The position numbers and the translations under genes are program-made. Positions 54,372-64,000 of a DNA stretch of 64,000 nt are shown one piece after another. The stretch covers positions 2,728,001 through 2,792,000 of the forward strand of contig OX597820.1 of NCBI GenBank assembly GCA_951406725.2. The letters are read 5' to 3'. How positions within the stretch are numbered: position 1 is the stretch's first letter; each line of letters begins with the position of its first letter. The notes beneath the pieces were generated by a model, which did not search any database, was not told where the DNA came from, and saw only the letters and a list, made by a program, of their open reading frames with translations. This stretch comes from Octopus vulgaris (taxonomy: Eukaryota).

Positions 54372-54409
54372 CTGTCTGATGAACGGCAACGAGAAACTCA
54401 GAGTAACAG
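54372..54409 (+). ncRNA. Minimal type-I hammerhead ribozyme (mirror copy on - strand at ~54322-54359)
   Basis: CTGT-CTGATGA-acggcaacga-GAAA-CTCAGA-GTA-ACAG: stem I CUGU/ACAG, intact core, near-palindromic stem III and a GUA cleavage triplet. Confidence 0.72.
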
Positions 54410-54615
54410 ATTTTGTTGAATTTTCTGTTGCTTTAAATAAAATATATATATATATATATATATTTTGTGAAATAGAAAGATGAATAATCTTGTTGCAGAT
54501 TAATCAAAAGTTTAACCGATACCTTGGTAGCAAAAATCACAGCAGAAGACAGCACGGTTGGAGGTACAACCATATGGTGTTGCAACCGTGCGTTGGTGCG
54601 GATAATTGAATTTTA

Positions 54616-54800
54616 ATATTATTAGTGAATTGAAGAAATGGAATTGAACGAAGATTGAACAGAAATCATTTTTATTGCATTCTACACGTGTTTCGAAAGC
54701 CACAATCGGAATTTGGAAATTGTGGCTTTCGAAACACGTGTAGAATGCAATAAAACAATTTCTGTTCAATCTTCATTCAACTCCATTTCTTCAATTCACT

Positions 54801-54808
<8 letters not shown>
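54616..54808. repeat. ~91-bp imperfect inverted repeat containing a hammerhead 3' half
   Basis: Arms 54616-54706 and 54719-54808; contains GAAA-CACGTG-TA. Confidence 0.9.
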
Positions 54809-54861
<53 letters not shown>

Positions 54862-56149
54862 AATGCTTGTAAGGCATAATAAAATATTCTTGTTGTTATT
54901 TTTAAACACTCTTTTTCCTGTTTTCTGCCTTGAAAATGAATTGTTTCTAAACAGAAAAGCAGTCCCTTTATTCTGCTGAAGGGGTTCATTTAAATGTGAC
55001 CCAACAGATATCTGGCTACAAACATTGATCTGAACATCACTTTGGTACGGCATTAAGTGACCTCATCAAATTATCACAATCAGATGGCCATATAACGATT
55101 GTCTACAGTTTTACAAATGTATTCTAGAATGTGAGTGGGAAAAGAAGTTAACAGGTTCATGAAATATTTGTAATTTCAAATTAATTCCTCCCCAATACAG
55201 ACAAATGCAAATGTAAAGAAATGACTTCTTAGATTCTAATCCAGAACCTGAAATTGGATCCACATTTTTCTACAAGTTTCTTTCTTATTGTTCTTGGTTT
55301 TTGCACTTCAAAATTTACGAGAGTCAACTTCCACACTTATTTAAGTTCCATTGTTTAAGTTAACATTCTTAGGTTAAACAAGGTTCAAGCAGATAAGAGA
55401 CAGAAAATCCTTTGTCTAGCCTGACCTAATTTCATTTGAAAAAATATAAATACAGAAGTCACAATCAGTTCTGTCTTTTCACTCAGGGTCCCTTGCCTGA
55501 AGAGCACGGCTGTCTGTGTCCCACTTTATATTTGGCTTGTCATTGTGCAATCTCCTTCTTCCATTTGTTCTCTTAGCAGTTGACAAATGAACCTAACTAC
55601 TGTAGAATGGATAACAGAATGGCAAATAATCTGAGTGTTAGAACTCAAAGAAGTTGTGTCAAAAATTTTAATGATGAAAATAATTGGCCATTTCAACTAA
55701 GAATATTTTTCTTCCTCTCCTTTATTTGTAAGATATAAATTGTTACAGTCTTGGTGATACCAACATGCAAACATGTGCACAAAATCATTACTCATACATA
55801 CAGACAGACAGATCGATAGATATGGACACAAACACACACATATACATATAGTTGAAATTTAAAGAAGACAGATGTGGGAACAACAAGCAAGTGTATTAGT
55901 TTGATGGTGTGGGTGTGTGGATAATGGTGTGTGGTGTGGGTGCTGAGAAGTGGTTGGTGCTAGTGTGTGTGGAGTGGGAAGGTGTTGTGGGTGTGTGTGT
56001 GTATGTGTGCGCATGCGTAATGGTGTGTGAAGTGAGTAATGAGTTGAGCAGTGTGTATGGGTGCTTGTATAGTGGTGTGTGTGTATGTAGTGAGGGTACT
56101 GAGTTAGGTGGATATTAGGTGTGTAGGTGAAGGTGGGGCAGTTGAATGT

Positions 56150-57265
56150 GGGAGGTGTGGGGGAATCTATGTGGGGTTGGTGTCAGATGAAGTGAGGAAG
56201 TGAGTTGAGCCCATGTAGCACAAAGGAAGAAAGAAGATTAATTCCTGTTCATGGCAAAGGTGAGAGTCTGGGTGGCCCCTGTGCAGAAACAGTCTGAGCA
56301 TAAACAGATGCTGTAGCGAATGACTGGTGGAGCGGAAGTGGCACAAGACCAGGGTATGATTGCCAAGTCTGATGTCTCAGAGGTGCTCTATGAAATGGTA
56401 AGCCAATTGGCATCACATTTGACCAATGTACAGGGAAGGACAGAGAGAGCAGGAGATGCAGTAAATAACAATACTAGAGGTGCAAGGAAAGGAGTCAGTG
56501 ACATGATAGGGATGGTGATGGGTGCCAGTGAGTATTGGAAAGGTAGGGGCAGGTACAACAGTATGGGTAAGAGCAAGGGAAGGAGCCGGGCTGGGAGGCA
56601 GGGGTAGAGAAGAAACTGTGGGCTAGGAAGTCATGCAGGTTATGGACTCATTTGAAGAGGGAAGGGGTAGGTTGGGGAAGATGTGTGTGTTGGAGGGGTT
56701 GGAGTGGAGTTGCTGGAAGGCTTGGAGCATGGTGTGTTGGAGGGGTGGAAGGTGAAGGGAAATGGGAGACAGGTAAGGGTGGGGCAGGTGCGAGGAGAAA
56801 GAGCAGAGGCAGGGTCCACAGATCATACCTGGACAAGGGTAGTGTGGATAATGGTGATAATAGGATGAAGTGGTGAGCCACGAGTTGAGACTGAGTCTCA
56901 AAGTTATGGTCGTCACTGCAGAGCCTGCGTAGAGGGAGGAATTGGGAGTAGGGGATGGAGAGCTTGGTGTGGGTAGGGTGGGAGGAGGAGAAGTTAAGGT
57001 AGGAGTGTGAATCGGTGTGTTTGTAGTGGATGGAGGTAGTGAGAGTGGAGTGGTGTATGCCGAGAGAAATGTCAAGAAATTCAACGGAAGAGTTAGAGAT
57101 AGTGCAAGAGAATTTGAGGTTAGGATGGAAGGATTCCAGTCGTTTGTGGGAGAGTGAGGTCATCGATATAACAAGTGTATAGCTCAAGAGTGGGACCAGT
57201 GGATTGTAAGAATATTTGGGCCTCAACATAACCAATGAACAGATTCACATAGTTGGGGGCCCTCT
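56150..57265 (-). mobile_element. Penelope-like retroelement (RT + GIY-YIG endonuclease), degenerate
   Basis: APNYVNLFIG, YIDD, HPNLKFS, FLDI and K.TDSHSYL..SSSHP..K.SIPYSQF..LRRLCS are PLE RT/thumb motifs. VIYCISCSLCPSLYIGQ at ~56420-56470 is the GIY-YIG motif. Confidence 0.9.
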
Positions 57266-57813
57266 CTCCTTCCCATACATATATATGAGTACACACACAC
57301 ACATATAGTCTAATGAAGGCTAGCAGTGTGAAACTTCGAGGTCACTGTCACCCCTATTACATATACAATACCAAAAGTGTTGAGCAGTTTTTCAGCTGTA
57401 TGTTAAAAGGTTTTTATATATAAATTGACATAAAAACAAGCATTAATACCTACACACACATAAACGTAGATATGTGGGTTGAAAAGAGTTCACGGATTTT
57501 TGCTTGGAAGCAACTTGAAATAATATTTCATTAACAGTTAAAATATTAAATTTCAAGGGCTTTCATTATCTTCCCTGGATTTGGGGATTCCAACTTTACG
57601 ATAGTACCACACACACACCAGTTTGTAAAAAACATTGGAAAGAAGTACTGAATATGAACTTAGAATGTTAATGGTTTGTTGAAGCCGGTCCAGTGGCCCT
57701 GTTACTGTGGAATCTCTGCAATGCGTAGCCAGTTCTCTTTGTTGGTTTACTTAAGGAAACAGCTACAAGCCGTAGAAACTCCAGACTGTCAGTTCAGTGG
57801 CCTGACCTGTATG

Positions 57814-58105
57814 CAGTGGCGAACTGAATCTAAAAATATTGGTTGCCAGGAGACTAAGGAGGCTTACCTGCAACTACAAGGGACCCCACCCACAACTACA
57901 ATGCTATCATTTAATTTTTTTTTTGTTAAAAGTATTTTTTTTCAACTGTCTACAAACACAGCCAGGCTGAAATAATTAATGCATTCTTCCAGGAGTGAAT
58001 AAAAAATACTCAAACTTAAGGGGATGGGCCCCCATATATAGATTCTAATAGAGTAGGGGCCCACTTGCCATTGGGCAAGTTGGCAACCTAACCAGTCTGC
58101 CACTG
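57814..58105. mobile_element. hAT-type MITE
   Basis: TIRs CAGTGGCGAACTG / CAGTCTGCCACTG with an 8-bp TSD, CCTGTATG/CCTATATG. Confidence 0.7.
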
Positions 58106-59529
58106 CCTATATGTATGTACCAGGGATGTGCCGCCTGGGTAGGCAAGGTAAGCAGTGCCTACCCTGAATAAAACAGATGAATAGCAACATCTTCCTTTTA
58201 TGGCAAAATATGCACCTAATTCATTAAAATTATGAAGGTTGCTCTGATTACTCTGCATAAATTGCAAAATATTCTATTTTTTTTCTAGATTAGGTAGGCA
58301 GAATTCGTCCCTACCTTTCAATCTCAGTATCAAAGTTACGCATAGAACTGCGTACATTCCTATAACACCGTTTTCTTGATGTACTCTAAAGGCAGAAGTA
58401 AATCTGCCTCCAACTCAGTCGCACGCCTGTGCTTTGCTTACTTTCTGTACGTGTTGTACAACCCTGAGTAATTACAGACGCCACGTGCCTAATACATATG
58501 TATACACATCTCGCTTCTACCTTTTACCTGTCTTCGTCATCGAACTGCAGCCATAATTAAAGATGACCTTGAAGAACTTTTAGTGGAATGAATCAACTCT
58601 GGTCCTCTTACTCTTTACTCTTTTACTTGTTTCAGTCATTTGACTGCGGCCATGCTGGAGCACTGCCTTTAGTCGAGCAAATCGCCCCCAGGACTTATTC
58701 TTTGTAAACCTAGTACTTATTCTATCGGTCTCTTTTGCCAAACTGCTAAGTTACGGGGACGTAAACACACCAGCATCGGTTGTCAAGTGATGTTGGGGGG
58801 GACATACAAACACAGACACACACACACATACATATATATATATACATATATACGACAGTTTTCTTTCAGTTTCCGTCTACCAAATCCACTCACAGGGCTT
58901 TGGTTGACCTGTGGCTATAGTAGAAGACACTTGCCCAAGGTGCTACACAGTGGGAATGAACCCAGAACCATGTGGTTGGGAAGCAAGCTTTTTACCACTC
59001 AGCTACTCTTTATTTAAATTTTTTTTTAGGCTGGTGCTTATTTTATTGGACTCTGTTTGCCAAACAGTTAAGTTACGGGGGCATAAACACATCAAGCGGC
59101 AGTGAAGTCACAAACACAGACACAAAGGCATACACACACATGCATTACAGAAAATATAGCCCCCACCTATATATATAATGTATGCGTGTATATGTGTATG
59201 TACATATACACATATGTACATATACACATATATGCGTGTATATGTACATGTAGAGGTAGGTACGTACATATATGTTTATATATATGCATATATTTTATTA
59301 ACATATATATATATATATATATAGTCTGATGTAATGAATCCATAAACACATATGTAAAACATCCAAGGGTAAATATATATATTGTTTCCCTCTGAAGATA
59401 TTATACTCAGGTCATATGAGTTTAATATTTAATTAATTCTCTGAGTTTTAATTGAAATGGCTGTGAGGGATGATGTTTGATTTGTTGATAATAAACAATC
59501 ATTAACTTCCCAATCTCAATTTTCTTTTC

Positions 59530-59590
<61 letters not shown>

Positions 59591-61373
59591 CATACACACA
59601 CATAGAGCAGGATTTCAATTTCCATCAACTAAATCCACTCACAAGGTTTTGGTTCACCTGAGGACGCAGTTGAAGACATATGCCCATGGTGCCACGCAGT
59701 GTGACTGAACCTGAAACCATGTGGTTTGGAAGCGAACTTCTTACCACACAGCTGTGCCTGTAAACATATATATATATATTTTTTTAATATAAAGGGATAA
59801 TCTCCTAGCATTTACAAACTTACCACCCAAAGTCAACGTTCCATCAGCTAGAAGCAGAAGCTAAATCCCCCTTAAATCATGCCCTACCATTTTTTTTTTC
59901 TTTAATACGATTTTGTCCCAAACAAAGTTTGAAGCCAGTGTAGCGTAAGGAACTATAAGAAGGAAACAGAAACTCAAAAGATGTTTATTGAGAGAAGGCT
60001 TAAGGGACGGAATGTGGGAGACCAGAGGAAAAGGGGGTGATGTTAGTGAGTTTCAAAGAATAGCATTTGAAGAGAAGAAGCCGTGTTAAAAAACGAAACA
60101 ACACATAGGAAAATGTGATTCTAGACAAGCTATATCGGTAAAAGGCATGGTTACGCTGGACAGTTGCCCGGGGGCCTCACGTGTCTAGGTGCACAATTCC
60201 GATCTACGTACGATGTGCCTTTCTGTTAATAAATAAACACCATAAGGGCCCGGTGCATTGATTTTTTGTCTACGGGCTTATAATGCTGCTAAGATAGTTT
60301 TGCTCATACAGTGTTTTGATCCTAAATCTATTGGATCAGGACTGTCCTGGGGGTTAAACAATATTAAATTACTAATTACCGTAAAGGTCACCCAATGAAA
60401 GAAGGGACATAACTCTATGACGTGTCGGCAACATCCCAAGAAATGTCTAAAGTTGCAGGTGCGTGTGTGTGAGGATGTAATTTTAGTTTACTTTATACAA
60501 GTTTAACATCAACTTTCGGGACACCAATGGTCCAGAACCTCTTATAATCGGCGCTGGTTTACAAGCACCAGATTCCCGTGACAGCCAGACTACTTTACTG
60601 GGCAACTCTGTTTCACAGGGCTTTGCAAAGGACAGTATTAATAAACTTGTAACATTTACACTAACGTAAATGTTCCTGTATTTCATTTAATTATTTAAGT
60701 AAATCTAATATTTGTTTAAAATTAGAAGCGACCACATCTAGTTCGGAAAACAATCATAAAAGGCTTTGGAACCAAAGTTCCCGCAAAATTGAAGATGTCC
60801 CTGTTACTAAGGACAAAGTGTTTCCCTTTCTAAAAAAGAGAGTCCTTTAACTAATTATCTAATAATCTATAGTTATAGTTTCGTAGTTTATAATAGAAAA
60901 TTTACAATTCTAATTTTAAGCTAATAACTTACCTGAACATTGTGGCACCGGAACCGAAATAACTGCTCCAAGGGAGAGAATTCCAAGTTTAGAAGCTGCG
61001 TATTTTTTTATTTATTTATTTATTTTTTTAGTAGATTTTCGAAAGGAGATTTTCAAGATTCGAGGGCGATTTTCTTTTTGTCGAGAAATGAACCACATGA
61101 CATGAAACACAGCTCATCAGGCCGCATTACCAAAAAAAAAAAAAAAAAAAGGTATTTTTCGTAAAGCCCCACGAGCCGCCACGGTCGCCCAAGGCTGCTC
61201 CAGACTGTCACAACTATCGTTTAATCCGATCTATAACTAAATTGAACTACAATCGTGTAGGATTTGATAAGCTGGTGAATTCTTGTTTCTACTTTAGGCA
61301 CGAGGCCAACAATTTAGCAGAGAGGAGGGTAGTCGCTGCTATTGGGCCCCAATACTTGACTGGTACTTTATTT

Positions 61374-61695
61374 AATCGACCCTGGAGGTATGAAAGACAA
61401 AGTTGCGCTCGGTGGGATGTGAAACTGGAATGTAAAGAGTCGGAATAAATGCCACAGGGCATTTCATGCCCTGTGGCATTTATTCCGATGCTCTAACGAT
61501 TCTTCCGACTGAATATTCTTAGAGTAGGATGCAGTAGAATACATACATACACACACACATACATAAATACTACATACACACACTTACACATACATACATG
61601 CGCACACATACATACATACATACATACATTCATGCATACATACTACATACACACACATACATACTACGTACATACACACACACACACACACATAG

Positions 61696-61726
<31 letters not shown>

Positions 61727-62391
61727 TACACATACATGTTTGTTTTGGGTGGTGGTGGAGAGTTTGACTCGGATCCCTATTCTGCCCATCTGATGAGTGT
61801 GTGTAAGAGTTAATTCCGCACGAAACTCCGAGCCATGGCAATCATTTGTTGGTATGGAAGCGATGAAGCTGTGTCCTACACTCCAACAATATTCATTGTT
61901 TTATAGTTGAATCGACCCTGGAGGTATGAAAGACAAAGTTGCGCTCGGTGGGATGTGAAACTGGAATGTAAAGAGTCGGAATAAATGCCACAGGGCATTT
62001 CTTTCGATGCTCTAACGATTCTTCCGACTGAATATTCTTAGAGTAGGATGCAGTAGAATACATACATACACACACACATACATAAATACTACATACACAC
62101 ACTTACACATACATACATGCACACACATACATACATACATTCATGCATACATACTACATACACACACATACATACTACGTACACACACACACATACATAG
62201 ATACATACATACACATACATGTTTGTTTTGGGTGGTGGTGGAGAGTTTGACTCGGATCCCTATTCTGCCCATCTGATGAGTGTGTAAGGGTTAATTCCGC
62301 ACGAAACTCCGAGCCATGGCAATCATTTGTTAGTATGGAAGCGATGAAGCTGTGTCCTACACTCCAACAATATTCATTGTTTTATAGTTGA
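61374..62391 (+). repeat. Near-identical tandem duplication (~535 and ~480 bp), each unit containing a hammerhead-like motif
   Basis: Units begin aatcgaccctggagg at 61374 and 61910 and end attcattgttttatagttga. CTGATGA...GAAA lies at 61790-61825 and 62273-62306. Confidence 0.92.
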
Positions 62392-62643
62392 GCGATCTTT
62401 CCAGTTTTTGACGAAACCTTCACACCAGTTACATGCATGTATGTGCGTGTTTGCATGTATATATGTATGTCTTTCTGCTTGTCAGTCAGTATGTATGTAT
62501 AGTGGTGTATGTGTGCAAATTTGTATGTTTTGCTTTATGTATGTATTCTCATGCATATCGTTGCATATCTAGACATGCTCCAGTATATATTTAAATGATA
62601 TACTTTAGTAAAGTTTTACAGATTTTTACAGTTCCAGTGATTT

Positions 62644-62839
62644 GTGTATGTGTGTATGTATGTATGTATGTATGTATGTATGTATGTATGTATGTATGTA
62701 TGTATGTATGTATGTATGAATGTATGTATGTATGTATGTATGTATGTGTATGTATGTATGTATGTATGTATGTATGTGTATGTATGTATGTGTGTATGTA
62801 TGTATGTATGTATGTATGTATGTATATGTATGTATGTAC

Positions 62840-62870
<31 letters not shown>

Positions 62871-63400
62871 TGTATGTATGTATGTATGTATGTATGTATG
62901 TATGTATGTATGTATGTATGTATGTATGTATGTATGTATGTATGTATGTATGTATGTATGTATGTATGTATGTGTGAATGTATGTATGTATGTGTGTATG
63001 TATGTATGTATGTGTGTATGTATGTATGTGTGTATGTATGTGTGTATGTATGTATGTACATATGTATGTATGTATGTATGTATGTATGCATGTATGTATG
63101 TATGTGTGTATGTATGTATGTATGTGTGTATGTATGTATGTGAATGTATGTATGTATGTATGTATGTATGTGTGTGTGTATGTATGTGTGTATGTATGTA
63201 TGTATGTACATATGTATGTGTGTATGTATGTATGTATGTATGTATGTGTGTATGTATGTGTGTATGTATGTATGTACATATGTATGTATGTACATATGTA
63301 TGTGTGTATGTATGTATGCATGTATGTATGTATGTATGTATGCATGCATGTATGTATGTATGTATGTGTGTATGTATGTATGCATATATATATGTATGAA
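62644..63400. repeat. (TATG)n microsatellite
   Basis: Directly visible. Confidence 0.97.
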
Positions 63401-64000
63401 TACATAATGTATGCATGTAACGATGTGCACATACATATATAGTGGTCTGTGCATGAATGTATGTCTGTCTGTATGTATGTTGTATCCATGTGTGTGTGTT
63501 GTGTGCGTGTATGTATGTGCGCGTGTGTATGTATGTGTGTGTGCGTGTGTATGTGTGTGTATGCGTTATGTATGTGTGCGTGCGTGTGTTGTGTGTGTGT
63601 TAGATTCATGTTTTTATTTAGTAAAATTTTACTTTCAGAAAGATATATTTCCCTTGAAATTCACAACTTTTCCCTTTTCCTTTCGCTGTTTAGTTATTAT
63701 TTTAGAAGGAACCAGTTTCTCATGAAGACCGTTTTGCTATGATTTCGTCTCTGCGAGTGATTATTAACAATCGAACTTGTTATCAATCGTTCACTCGATT
63801 TAATTTGATACGACATTATGGGAAGGTATGTAGTTATTGAAAAAAGAGAAGCCTTTCTCCGCTTTCCATTAATTTATTTCAGACAGACCCAATCCAGAAA
63901 AAGTGGTAACCTCGTCAGAGGTCGGACAGGCGAATCATTTATACAGAGATATATCTTATCTTACATAATTCATTTGTATTTCATTTAAATGCTGGTGTTT

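Overview
Repeat-rich animal genomic DNA, most consistent with an octopus or other coleoid cephalopod (inferred from the dominant SINE, RTE-LINE tails and TA/CA/TATG microsatellites). Three protein-coding genes are supported. Myotrophin (MTPN, minus strand) has exon 1 at 32675-32743 and exon 2 at 7598-7708, across a ~25-kb intron, with a probable GC donor after exon 2; its later exons probably lie left of the window. An intronless glucosamine-6-phosphate deaminase (GNPDA, 33251-34060, +) sits head-to-head with MTPN. TMEM186 (40870-41595, -) has a single coding exon. The rest is transposon debris (tRNA-SINEs, RTE and CR1/L2-type LINE fragments, Penelope-like elements, a Merlin fossil, piggyBac/hAT/Helitron non-autonomous elements) plus a tRNA-His pseudogene. 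The most unusual signal is a set of minimal type-I hammerhead-ribozyme motifs in small Penelope-related elements. These include a tRNA-headed, SINE-like element with hammerhead-bearing inverted arms, a loop-less palindrome with a hammerhead on each strand, and a ~0.5-kb tandem duplication with one hammerhead per unit. Most long ORFs in the ORF track are microsatellite artefacts. All alignments and folds were done by eye; no database searches were run.
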